The notes beneath the pieces were generated by a model that worked only from the letters and a program-made list of their open reading frames with translations, ran no database searches and had not been told where the DNA came from. DNA of 64,000 nt, from assembly GCA_002269645.1 (NCBI GenBank), contig NIVC01002821.1, forward strand, positions 62,001 to 126,000, written 5' to 3'. This DNA comes from Macrostomum lignano. Lineage: Eukaryota. This document shows positions 1 through 56,490 of this stretch, one piece after another; the first letter of the stretch is position 1, and every line of letters starts with the position of its first letter. The translations under genes were made by a program, and so were the position numbers.

Positions 1-259
1 AGGTACATGAATATACATGTAACAGTAAAGAACGGATACAAGTGCACGCCCGAGGTCATAAACATACGGTGCACGATCGTAGCCGTTCTTCACCGATATT
101 GTATGATTTTGAAGGCATCCGACCATAGATATTTGAAGCGTGCAACATTGGGCCGTATGCAGAAAGCTTAGTCCAGACTAGCTAGTCCGGACTTGGGTAG
201 TTCAGTCTATAGTCTATGGTCTAGCTACCCTAGTTCTGTCTACAGTAGACCGGTCTAAC

Positions 260-427
260 TTTGTGTTTCTGCATACCAAACCCAAGTCCAGACTTGCTTT
301 TCAAGACCGGACTACCCTAGACAGAGCTTTCTGCAAACGGCCCTTTGTGTTTCTGCATACCAAATCCAAGTCCAGATTAGCTTTTCAAGACCGGACTACC
401 CTAGACAGAGCTTTCTGCATACGGCCC
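260..427. repeat. 84-bp direct tandem duplication (2 copies)
   Basis: tttgtgtttctgcataccaaa...ctagacagagctttctgca at 260 and 344. Confidence 0.9.
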
Positions 428-1158
428 AATCAGTTTGGGTCAGCGTACACCCATGATGCATTTGCTGCACGCTCGAAACATCTATGGCCTAAACTTGGTG
501 TTGAGCAGCCTTAAGTGAAATGATTATCATTCTATTCAACATTCGTATCTCAATTTTAACGACCGTGTATACCAAAGCTCTTGACTTACTTGACTTAGCT
601 GCAGGGGGCTCATAGTCATGATCTACGACGCGGCATCTGGAGAACGAATTGGTGTGGTCTACTATACATTCACAAGGAGACGTGATCGGTGCCTCCTCTG
701 CTGAGAATGGCGAGCGTATTCAGCATGTTGGACGATCTGGCTCAATTAGACGTGAAAGAACTCGAGGAGCTTTTACACAGTCAGGATCAGGATTGAGATC
801 TGCTCAATGAGATGGATCTTATGCAATATTGGACAATACGCCGAAGTCTGTTTGTTCTAGTGCAAGAAAATCGGGCGCTTCGTAAGTTTTGCGAGTTTCT
901 GTCAAGCAAGAGCCACTCCTGCAGTCTGGCGACAGCCGACATTCAAAATATCACATCTCATCTTCTAAGCTTTTGTTTGTAAGATTGATGGCGCATTTTA
1001 TGCGCCTGCTTTATTGATTACCGCTCTAGCTGGTCAGTCCGCTGCCTACTTCGTGTCCGTGGAATTAATATATCATCGAGGATCAACGTTTCGAATTCCA
1101 ATCTTCAATTGAAAGCCACTGCCTATTGAATAGTTTGATATTTTGGCTCGCTTAAATT

Positions 1159-1164
1159 TTTATT
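1159..1164 (-). terminator. Candidate AATAAA polyadenylation signal of the dynein gene
   Basis: TTTATT on plus at 1159-1164, about 240 nt downstream of the stop at 1404. Confidence 0.35.
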
Positions 1165-1403
1165 GAAGTTTCCTTGTTTTTTTCCTGTTAACTCATACCT
1201 TGCTGCATACTGTTTAATAATGTAATATTAAATAAAGTTTTTTGTTCAGCTTGGTTTGGCCATAGACATTTGAAGCGTGCAGCAATTTGGCTTCATTGGT
1301 AGACCCCTAAAAACCCCTCCAAAATGATACAATTAAAGTTATCGCAGCAGACTGGGGAACGCGGCAAGTTAAACGCTACGTAAGTCGGTCAGCCAATCAG
1401 CTC

Positions 1404-45868
<44,465 letters not shown>

Positions 45869-48192
45869 TCCAGTGGGCCAAATTTACTGGAATTGGTCGC
45901 TAAATTGTTTCAGATATTGATATTGATTATGTCTTATATGTCACAGTAAACCCTACAAAATCCTTTTAAAGAATTTGGAGAAAAGATTTGAAATTAAAAA
46001 AGCAGCCAAGCTTGTAGCTACCGGATACAAAAAAGCATAAAATAATTATTAGGTCAATTAAAATTTTAGTTCGTTGCTTTAAAAATACTTTAACAGCTGC
46101 TCAACTAATCTTAATGATAAAACTGTAAAAAAAGGTAGAAACTTTTGTTTAAACTAGCATACAAATACTCCGGTAAATCAACTAACCGGATTCAGATATC
46201 GATGGCAGCTAAGGCATTGAACTATGCATTTAAGTATATGACTAAGCTACTTCACTATTTCACTACTAAGCTACTTCACTAAGCTAGGAATGTTTCACTT
46301 GAATGAACTTTTATGACGACTCTTCATGAACTTATGATGTATTTATTAATGTAAATGTTAACGTAACAATATCGCTTTTTGCAAGCAAGTTAATTTAATG
46401 ATGCTCCAAAGCCCAGCGCTAAAAGATTGATTTCTCAGTACTCTATGGTAGAAACCATGGGCTTTGGAGCAACCTATTTAATAATCCGAGCACTCATGTA
46501 GTCATTCCATTTTCAAGGGTGTCGCTTTGCTACAGATATAGACGCGCACACATTCAACATGGTTCAACATGGTAGAAGAAGAGAACGCTAGCGAGATGAG
46601 CTTTTGGAGTAAAATGGGGAGAGATTTTTCATCGCAGATGAAGCGCTACTACAAGCTACATGTAGAACAAGACCAACGCAGCACGTTAGGCAATGTGTAT
46701 AATACATGTACATGTAGGTTTATACATGTAGGTTAGGTTTAGGCTGCTCCGCTTCATTTCGTGCCGCATCACTGGTGAAGTAATTTTATAAAAAAACTAC
46801 TGATGCACATGTAGCTATAATCTCAATGATTTTCACTGATCTGCTTTCTTACTTGAGACCTAGCTGCATTCATGTTTTCCCTAATTTTCTGCCCTATCAG
46901 TTTCGATTCAGTTTGCTCGGTTGTGCTCTGTTTTCTTTCTCACTTGTGACGTTGTCAGTTTAAGGTGGTCCCGAAAAGGGCCGTTGGACTGCTGTTCTCC
47001 ATAGTCATTCAACCCTTCAGTTTCACCGTTTCAACTAAACTTTTCCATTCGTTTATTGCGACGTTTACTTGTAGTAGTGCCCAACGATTTTGTGGCAATT
47101 TATAATTCATTGTATATTTTGCTATCCTCTCTCGCAACCGTATAAAATTGGCACGATCGATAATTTTAAGTTCTCTCGCCAGCCAATGAAATCACTCGTG
47201 CTCGCGCTACCCCCCTCTGCGCTCTTTTATTAAACCCCCCGCCTGGCGGCAGCACTCCTCACTCCCTGCTTGTCCCTGTTCTTGTGTTCTGTGTTCTCTC
47301 TCCCTAGGCTTGTCCTCCGTCCGGTCTGGCTTGCCTAGCCTTGTTCCTTGTTTCCTTCCCTGCTGCCTCTTAGCTGTCTTATCTGTTTGTCTGGCTGCCT
47401 CGAGCCTCCTTATTTCTCACCACGGCCCCTCTGTCTGGGCCAGCCTGCTCACACACTTGCTTGACTGTCTCACGCCACGACCGACGCCAAACTCGCCACT
47501 ACGTTTCACTGCCTTCACTGTGCTCATAGCCACTGCTCACGTCACGTCGCCATTGTGTCATTCGCCTGCCACTTGACTTCATATCCAAATTATATTCAAC
47601 CCATTGTTGCAGCCGCCAGTGCCCAGAAAGCTATAGTCTGTTTATTGCCAGTAACAACCAAACTTAATACTGATATTAACAATAAAGACAACTACGGCAG
47701 TTCCTGCCTTTATCGCCAAGTGCTCCGCTACAAAATCCGCTTTACAAGAATTGACTTCAACTTATTTTGGGACTAAAACGGCCCTTTTAAGGGTCACCGC
47801 ATAGCTGGCCGCTACGCCAATAACGTGACACACTAGTAGACAAAAATTGTAAAAATTACGAAAAATTGGATGAAAAATTACGTAATAATTATGCAATTAT
47901 TGTAATTTATTGGAAGGCAATAAATTGCAATTGTGCCAATTTCTGCTCAATAAATTGTAATTTTTACAACTCTTAAATTGCACAAAATTGTAATTTTGGT
48001 ACTTTAGAAAAGCTACATTGCAATGATTTGCATAGGTGCTCGCAACTTGTGCAGACCAGCTTTAGTGACCAGCCACCCCCCTGCCTTTGTGCATCTGTTT
48101 GGGGCGGGCTGTACTTGCCCCGCCCCCTCCGCTGGCTATTTAGCACGCCGTTTCAGCGTTTTTTTTTTATAGCAAAAAAAATCTGCTGAATC

Positions 48193-49176
48193 ATGTCTGA
48201 CTCTGAGGCCCAAATTGATCTGTCAGTGCCTAGCACTGTAAAGGCATTACGTGAGAAACTTCAGAGCCTAGGACTCTCCGTGCAAGGCAACAAAGGCGAA
48301 CTTTTACAGCGATTGCGTACGTATCTAGATGGCATTGCGTCTGACATCGAGAATGACGACGACGAAGATGTTCAACAGGTAGACTCTGATGCGGCAACAA
48401 CGCGAAGAAAGCCCTGCAGCGCCACTGTGGAACAGCAGCAGCAGCTGGCGGCCAGGGTCAACCTCGAGGCAACTGGTGGATCAGCGTCTGGTGCAGCTGG
48501 CGGCCTGGACGACGAGCTGGCGGAGGCGGAGAAGCAGCTACGTCTGCTGAAACTGCGCAAGGAGGCTGCCCAGTTGCAAGCGGAAGTCAACGAGCTTCAG
48601 AAGAAGACTGAGCCCCGGAAAAAGCCCGGTGAGTTGCTGATGAATCTGTGGTCGGACGATGAGGAGGAGGGGCAACTGGAGACCGCTAGGAAGGAGACGT
48701 GCAAGGTGTACCGGATCCCAGAGTTCATTAGCAAGCGGAAACAACAGGACGCTGGTATCGCACAGTCACTGGACAGATCTGGTAGAGTCGTCTTCAAAGT
48801 TAAAGAAACTGCTATCGACTCGTTAACGATGGGCGACTGGATCTCTGCAAACGCACGCATTATGTTAAAACTGTTAGATGATGGCACCTTGGTTAAGAGC
48901 GGGCCAGGAGCAGTGGGTCAACCTGACGTGTCGGGCTTGCGTGACTACCTGCGCTACACTATCCACATTGGAGAGTTGTTCGACCTCGGCTTTGACAAGG
49001 CTCGCGTGATGAGGTTTGATGATGAATGCAGGCTGAGCCACACTGGCGGGTCGTCCTGGGAATCGCGCGGATCCGACCTAGGGCTTGTCGCGACCTACCT
49101 GATGGCTCCGATGAAGGTAACTGGTGCATTTTATTCGGACAGCTGTACAACGCTGGACACTCACCGGCTGATATAG
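48193..49176 (+). CDS. SAP-domain plus coiled-coil protein (327 aa), C-terminal half resembling the gag-like ORF1 of tyrosine-recombinase (DIRS/Ngaro-type) elements
   Basis: Open ORF; SAP motif TVKALREKLQSLGLSVQGNKGELLQRL; LTMGDWISANARIM...DYLRYTIHIGEL...VMRFDDECR; strong T10-ATAG acceptor 20 nt upstream of ATG. Gag-like assignment is from memory only. Confidence 0.6.
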   Translation: MSDSEAQIDLSVPSTVKALREKLQSLGLSVQGNKGELLQRLRTYLDGIASDIENDDDEDVQQVDSDAATTRRKPCSATVEQQQQLAARVNLEATGGSASGAAGGLDDELAEAEKQLRLLKLRKEAAQLQAEVNELQKKTEPRKKPGELLMNLWSDDEEEGQLETARKETCKVYRIPEFISKRKQQDAGIAQSLDRSGRVVFKVKETAIDSLTMGDWISANARIMLKLLDDGTLVKSGPGAVGQPDVSGLRDYLRYTIHIGELFDLGFDKARVMRFDDECRLSHTGGSSWESRGSDLGLVATYLMAPMKVTGAFYSDSCTTLDTHRLI

Positions 49177-49449
49177 CTACTGGACATACATGTAAGGACA
49201 GCACTCCGTCGAGCGGTATCTGAAGAACTCTAAGTGGGCTTATTACAAGACGGTACAGATGTCCAAGAGCTTGGTACAATCAATGAGTGAGCGCAGCGCG
49301 ATTCCAGGTGAGTCAGAGAGAATTGCGTTAAAGAGGGACGGTTCGTCATCGAGTCTGAGCAAGTCAATCTGGAGGAAGGATCAGGAGAAAAGCATGTGAA
49401 GAACGGTGGGCAATTCTATTTTTCAAACTGCTCGGTACACTTTCATTAA
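49135..49449 (+). pseudogene. Decayed C-terminal part of a Crypton-type tyrosine recombinase
   Basis: QLYNAGHSPADIATGH, then after a frameshift SVERYLK (catalytic His and Tyr boxes), ending FYFSNCSVHFH-stop at 49449. Confidence 0.5.
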
Positions 49450-49660
49450 TTGCTTTTGTTGCCCCAGAAAAACTATTAAAGCTAATTAGTTAATTAATAT
49501 CGGAGAACTTTATTCGTGTGTGTTGACTGATTATTGTTTACTGATGGTTGATTGTTAATATGATGTTAACATGATATATAACATATAACATATAAACATA
49601 TAAACGTCAATGACTTGCTATTTGTTTTTTTCAAATTTTCAACTTTTGCTATATTTGCTA

Positions 49661-51898
49661 CACCATTTTACCTCCTATTTTGAACAAAGTCTTGTTCAAA
49701 AGAAACGAGCAGAACTTCAATTCAAACGCTATAAGAAATAACAGCCCTTGCGGAAATTCAATTCAAACAAAGTCCCTTTCTATTGAAGCAGAACTTCAAT
49801 TCAGACTTTCTGTGGCCAAAATTGTCCTCGAATGACACGCATGCGCAGATTTGAAATTCAAAAGAAACAAAGTCACATTCTATTTTGACAGAGATTTTTG
49901 CACATAGATAAGAGTACATTAGTACATTAATCTAATTTTTTGTTTTTCCTGTACTGCATAACTGTACAATCGTTGCGCAAAAAGAAACGATATGAATGCT
50001 GAAGATCAGATTGAAGAAGACGATGAGTTGCTGGAAGATGGAATCGATTAATTTGAAGCAGAATTCGATGAAGATATCATGGAACAGCAGCCTCGGCAGT
50101 GCGCTATTGTTTAAGCAACAGTGACAGAGACCGCGTATCATCAGGGCTGCTGATCGTGGGGATGACTTGTGGAACTGGCGCGCCAACTTGGAGTCAAGAG
50201 GTCAACAGCGAATACAATTGTGAGGTCAGGGAGAGCGGAAAAGCAGCCTACGAGATTGCAGACATCATTCAGGTCAAGCGACTTCCACCATACAGTCCAT
50301 TTTTGAGTCCTGTGGAGAACTCGATCTGTTGGAAGGACACTCTGAAGAGAAAACTGGCAGCAGACCAGCAAAATTTCATCGCTCCGATAGCTGAGCAGCA
50401 CGGAAATCAGTCAATGGCGGCCTATCGGCGAGACATTCGACAACATGGTGGACAGAACCATTGGCTGCATCTCTGTGGACAAATGCATTGAGTGGTTCAA
50501 CCATGTGTTTACATGCGTCCCTCGCTGCGTTGGTGGACAGGCAATTGATGGTCAGGTGTCTCAAGTTGGCCAACTGACACTGTCTTGTTCCTGTTTTTCA
50601 TTTTACTCTTATGTTCGTCGATATGCTGTGTTTTATCCCTTTGTCGAAATAGAATGCGACTTTGTTTCTTTTGAATTTCAAATCTGCGCATGCGCGTCAC
50701 TCGGGGACAATTTTGGCCACAGACAGTCTGAATTGAAGTTTTTCTGCTTCAATAGAAAGGGACTTTGTTTGATTTGAATTTCTGCAAGGGCTGTTATTTC
50801 TTAAAGTGTTTGAATTGAAGTTCTGCTTGTTTCTTTTGAAAAAGACTTTGTGTCTAGTTTCGTTTGGGCCACAAACGATTGCGTCGACGGAAATTGTGAA
50901 CTAAGTAAATTTTTGCGCGCCTTTCAGGCATCGAAACAGGAATACAACAGATTGCTTATCTGCGAATAGTCTATGGTCAAGCCGCCCCCCATCTTTGGAT
51001 ATTCCCAACGGGTTATATTTGGATATACCCATTTGCAGAAAAGCAATATGTATATTCCTGTATCAATGCGTTTGTGAGGATATTTTTTATTCAATACAAC
51101 AAAGCTGAATAAACAGATTGTATACATGTACGAAAACGGCCGTAACGTGGGCATAATGAAACGTGGACCAATTGTTCCGCAATAATCGATGAGTAGAGCT
51201 AGAATAGACAATAATTACACTCACATCGGCCGAATTGCATGGTTTGTTCCGAATGGGATCCTCGGGGCAAGCCTCTTCTTCGCTTGGCAGTGGTGGCAGA
51301 GCATCATCGTTACCGCATTCAATGAATCGGATGAACTCCATCAACTCTTCGTCATCCGCCTCGTCACGTCCACCCACACTCAAGTCGCTGAGAAAGTTGA
51401 CCTCATTTCCATTCAAGCCGTCAATGCTTTCAATCGGCAAATTCGACCAATTTATCATTCGTATGAGTGGCATGAATATAGGTTAGGGCAAACAGAAGAA
51501 ACAGGAACATGTATCCTCTGCTGCAGAGTTCCTCAGCTTATAAGACCACAACTTCATTTAACATGTTTCGTCTATGGTAATTTCAGACTGTTCCGCTTAA
51601 CTTTTCGTTCCAGACGATTAGTCTATGGCCATCATTTGGCTTGCGCCAAGTGGAAAATGCCTATGACACAGATCCCTAGAATCGCTCAGTGAACAATTCC
51701 CGTCTGAGAAGTTGTGTCCTAGCCGTTTTGAATTGGTTTTTGGACGAAACTAGACACAATTCCACTATCGAGAGTTCACGCTTCACACACAACTGCCTTA
51801 CCGCGTCTCGGCCTACCGGCCTCGACGCCATGGCAGTTGTGTGTGAATCGTGACCTCTTGATAATCATACATTGTTCAAAATAGGAGGTAAAATGGTG
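49661..51898. mobile_element. TA-flanked DNA element with perfect 27-bp TIRs, carrying nested insertions
   Basis: caccattttacctcctattttgaacaa (49661-49687) is the exact reverse complement of 51872-51898; TA at 49659-49660 and 51899-51900. Confidence 0.75.
49684..50851 (+). mobile_element. Internally deleted Tc1/IS630-like transposon with ~207-bp IR/DR-type TIRs
   Basis: TIRs 49684-49890 and 50642-50851 with internal direct repeats agcagaacttcaattca; HTH remnant RIIRAADRGDD..ELARQLGVKRSTANTIVR; DDE C-terminal remnant LPPYSPFLSPVE. Confidence 0.85.
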
Positions 51899-52445
51899 TA
51901 TATTACTTCTTTGTAATCGTACGTAAAGACTTTTCCGTGCAATGATGCTATTGCTGCACGGCATTGATGCACGGGCCATAGACAAACAATGTCCCTTGTT
52001 CCACATCGCTGATGATCTAACCGAGACCATTAGGCCAAAGTCAATTTTAACTTCACAGATTTGAGCGCCATTTCAGCGCAGAGGGCAAGGAAGCTATAAG
52101 TTTACTGTAGTACCGGAGGGCACAGAAGCTGGGGCGCGATATATTTTCCCCAGTCAGTATAGTATCACACGTGATAATGATTCGTTCTATGGAAAAGAAA
52201 GTCCGAGGATGCGTTTTTATCAGGCCGAGGCGAAGCCGAAAATAGCGTCCGAGGGCTTTCAACCAAAGATCAGAACGATCTTTTTATCGCGTGTGATAAA
52301 ATTTAACCCCCAGTAAACTGATACATTTTTCATTGGGGGTTTTTAACCACAGACAAAATGTCAGCGATAAGAGACCTATCCAACTAATTGGTATAAGCAG
52401 CAGATAGTCTTAGACCAGATTGGAGTAGTTACTAGCAGAGTAAAC

Positions 52446-52940
52446 ATGGAAATTTTTGAAGATATCTCAAATTTTGGCTGTCTTGACGATTTTTTCAACG
52501 AAAATACATCGTCTAGCGTCGTATATTCACAGTCTAACACCATTTCTGCGTCCACATCAAGTGCATCAAGTGGTCGCTTTGCCAATTTGTCTTCTGATGA
52601 TATTGAGTAGAAGATTCAATCCGCCATTCCTGATGGCACTAGGCGCAAGGAACAATGGGCTCTAGCTGTGTTCAACGAATGGAGAACTGTTCGTCGGGAC
52701 AGCATAGGTGAGATTGTCGACCTGTTGGTGATTCGTGAATTGGAGGAATGGTCACCCGGTGATTGGGATTTTTCGATGAAAAGGTTCTTCCTTGAAGTGC
52801 GTAAGAAGGATGGATGTAAGTACAATGCGAGCACTCTGAAGGATATTTTCGCTATGCTTCAGCACCATGTCACTTTTGTTCTTAAAAAGAGTACTCGTTC
52901 TGGAAGGACCGCCGCTGCGAGGATGTCGCTCATGCTTTAA
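52446..52940 (+). pseudogene. N-terminal part of a Crypton-like tyrosine recombinase (DUF3504/ZMYM-QRICH1-KCTD1-related), with an internal stop and truncation
   Basis: ATG at 52446; RFANLSSDDIE*KIQSAIPDGTRRKEQWALAVFNEWR...KRFFLEVRKKDGCKYNASTLKDIFAMLQHH. Confidence 0.72.
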
Positions 52941-53497
52941 ATTTATCACTTTTCGTCATTGTTATTCTTTAAAAGTTACTTTAAAATGATAGAGATTGTT
53001 ATTCATGATGGTTTCGTTTCAAATATACATTTCGTTTCTCAGTCCCGAAAGCCGGTCCTGAGAAATCGTTTCTCAGGCCTGGTTTATAGTATAGGCCTGA
53101 GAACAAAGTTCACTTGAATCTTGACCATAGACTAGGACTTCCACGTGAAAAGAAGAGCCTGATTAAAGGTCCGACGAACCCAAAACTGGGGGTTAAATCA
53201 GGTTTCATGGCCTTTGTCCTTATAGACTCTGCCCCTATTGGCAATAAAATGTAATGAAAAATGATCGAATCGCATGATTTCAGCTAAATCTAAAATGCTT
53301 ACATTTTGGCTTTGGTTAAATATTTTCACAATTATTTCCGCTGTATCAAATTTGTAGCTTTAAAATTCTGCACTGCTTGCTGATAAATGGCTGAAGCTGA
53401 AATTGACATTGAAAAGTAGCTTCTTTGCTTCCGAACATTGAAAATAATTAATCGGTACATGTAAATTTAGCCCGGGGTTGAGATCCTCTTGATCAGC

Positions 53498-53911
53498 ATG
53501 GCAGTCCTTCAGCGACCCGTCTTGACTTTGTTCCTGGCGGCCACCGGCCTCGCGATTATGTTCTGCCAGCTGCCTCAGGTCGTGGCTTTTTGGAAGACCC
53601 GCTACTGCTACAACACGGAGAACAGCCGACTTGAGGACGGCTCTCTGCTATACAAGCTGGTGAACTGCAGCAGAGAATACCGGAATTGCTTCTCATTGAA
53701 GCTCTTGAGCGAGGGAGTGCCAGCAGCCCAAAAACAGGGCCTGACGCAGGTACGTGCCGGTGACGTCATCAGGGGCTGCGCCACGGCCTTTGCTGGCGAC
53801 GACCTGGCCGAGCTACACAGGCACGGCTTGGACCCGAGCAGCTTCCGCCTCTGCGATTCGGACCTGTGCAACTCCCGAGGTGCTGATGTCTGGGTGGTTG
53901 AGCGACCATGA
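53498..53911 (+). CDS. Small secreted Cys-rich Ly6/uPAR (three-finger)-like protein, 137 aa, single exon
   Basis: Hydrophobic N-terminal signal (VLTLFLAATGLAIMFCQLPQVVA); YCYN, RGCA and terminal LCDSDLCN motifs; GC-rich codons; no hydrophobic GPI tail. Confidence 0.75.
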   Translation: MAVLQRPVLTLFLAATGLAIMFCQLPQVVAFWKTRYCYNTENSRLEDGSLLYKLVNCSREYRNCFSLKLLSEGVPAAQKQGLTQVRAGDVIRGCATAFAGDDLAELHRHGLDPSSFRLCDSDLCNSRGADVWVVERP

Positions 53912-56199
53912 CTCTGGAATGAGCATCTGCAGCTCTTCAGCTTTATACTGTTACAAATTAAAACAAAACATAAAATTGAACAAAAATTAAAATACGTAAA
54001 AGTATACATGCATCCTTCACCTCCGATCAACTGTCTACAAGAGTTATAAATAGTTTCTGAAAATATGTCAGATAATTTTAATCTGATTTTGGTTAGCGTT
54101 CACTATATTTTGTTTCGGCGTTGGTACAAGACAATTGGCAGTTGTCCTGGCCAAGTGTTTTGAGTCGTAAATAATTGAGTTGAATTTCAGATTCGAACAA
54201 CATATAGAGTTGTTTAAAATTAAGAAAACAATTAGCTAACACGCAACTCAAGAAACAGGAGTGCTTCTGACAAGATTTATCAGAAAATCATTAACACTTC
54301 AACTAAACACCAATGCTAGTTTACGAGTACAGTGTAATAACTTTGGAAGGCAAAGGCTGGCTTGTAGCGCAAAAAAGTTTGCTCTGCTGAACTGAAAATT
54401 GCAGACAGATACCGGTAAAGAAGTGCCTTTCCCAAGCAGAGTGGGAGGCACATTTATGGCCGTATATTTTGGGGTGGGTACACCCCGAGCTTCATAGAGG
54501 GAAGGCAGTGGAACGCACATAGACAGTGGAGAGACACAGACAATGGGGTGAGTCACACGCAGGCAGCCAGACAGACAGAGAGAGATGAGGAGCCAAACAG
54601 ACACGCAGTGATTCAGACAAGGAGGGAAGGGTGCATACGGAAAACAGGAAGAGTTCATAATGTCTGTTAATGTCCGTGGCACAAACGCCACAACGAGTAG
54701 CACTCATCTTCTTGCTACTAAGTTCCTCAATGCTTCTGATTGCGAGCCATCAGAGTCATTTTTAAATATCAATTTCTTAGTCACCAAGTCAGTTAAGCTA
54801 AATTTTCCACAATGTTGTTGCGTGACCAATTTAATTCAAAGTTTATCTGATCAGTCTGGAGCAGCTAGGCGTGAGGCCGATCACCTAAAATTGACGGCTG
54901 AAAATTTTGGAAAAAATTGGTTAGGGTTCTCTGATCGGATGAGAGCCGATCCATGCATGACAACCACAGATATGGAAAGTTCAAAGTTCACGTTCGACCT
55001 GCAAACGCGGCCGGAGTTACCCTGAAAAAGTTGTTGCAATGTAACATGCATGTGAGAGCAGCCCGGTGCAGCGATAAAGTAGTGCTGCGATGGAACTCAC
55101 TTTTTGCTCGAGCGAGTCCTTCAGCGTCTATGATCTCGGCGTTGTCAATCAGGACAGCATCCGCGACCACCGCCTAGCTGGAACATGCAACGTTCTGGCG
55201 GTCAGGTTAGAGCCTCTCGGATTGCAGGACCGCACTATAGCAGAACGAAAGACAGGGCCCTATTATAGTAGTCAAAGCCGCATATCCTAGCTAGCGGACG
55301 TCGGGAACCCCTATAATTATATTACGACGAGTGTGGGGCTGGTAAATATACGCGCAGAAGACCGGCCGTCGTACTCTGTGTACATGTACATGTACGGGAA
55401 GACATCGAGACGGCATTTTTATGCCTAGTAGGCATTGTCGCGGACGGACAGAAGACACAGAACTCGATCCCAGTATCTTATACATGTAGCAGCTTGTCAT
55501 AGCAATCAAGCCTAGTTAGTTCGCCCTCAACAATTTACATGTAGTTACAGCAGGGCCAGATCTTCGGCTTACGCGTCAAAGATCCGCCTCTCCGGTTGGC
55601 ATCGACCCGCGCGTCGTCGACCGATCGGGTCGTTATAGGCGCAGAGCAGTCCACACAGCCTAAAATAAAAAGCACTGAGTAGCTGAACAAGCAGAAACGG
55701 CGCTATAAGAGTACCTCCCGGGAGCATCCCAGAGGATATTTTGAAGTCCGATATTTTTTCCGGTGTTGACAGCAGCTTTCGTGACACAGTACTGTTGAGT
55801 AGAGATTGAGACCATGCCAGTTTGTATACATGTGTACTTTTTAGAACTTAACGATCAGCAAGGTCTCCAGTATACTTGTACTTATGTACAGTATGTTTGA
55901 GGGGCTGTACCGTCACGAAATACAGTATAGACATAACAGAACTTACAGATCGTACTTCCGTTATATAAATCATTCCTCTGGGATTGATAAATTAAAATGA
56001 ATGTACATTTACAGAACCATACAATGGATATTGTGGTATATTCAAACTGAAAAACTTCTATGGGAAAAGTTTTCAATATAATTTCTGACGGACGTGGCCA
56101 TGAGGATTTCACTAGAAATCAGCAATGCGTGGATGCAGCGATGAAGAAGATGGCGCAAGCAATTTAGTATTACAAGAGTCTACGGTGAGCGCAGCATCA

Positions 56200-56490
56200 G
56201 CCAGCAGGAGAAAGAAGAAACTGTGGAGCTGATCAGCAAAGAGATTTGCAGCAAGTGTACAGACAGGATGCAATATCGAAAAGGCTGATCGCCGTACATT
56301 GTCATCTCCTTTACCAAGAAACAATTGTGTCCAAATTCCGTATGGATGGCACCAAAAATGTATTATGCTTCAAAACAAGTTAGTATTTAACCCAGCAAAC
56401 ATTCAAGAGAATTTCATGTGCAATTTTTTTAATAAATGGCTTAAAGTTATCATGAATATTCCAAAATGGAAAGGCATCTTGAGTTTTTAA
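56200..56490 (+). mobile_element. Possible highly decayed hAT transposase fragment
   Basis: CTD... followed in another frame by AVHCHLLYQETIVSK, similar to the hAT HCxxHQE motif; weak. Confidence 0.25.

Noticed and set aside
50924-51473. KolX / P2X7-ballast-like protein remnant
   Set aside because: Only scattered Cys and a WVY-like motif across frameshifts; too weak to name without a profile search.
54300-56100. Short ORFs of 60-134 aa in the TE-rich intergenic region
   Set aside because: No motifs, no coding-like bias and no splice context; consistent with random open frames.
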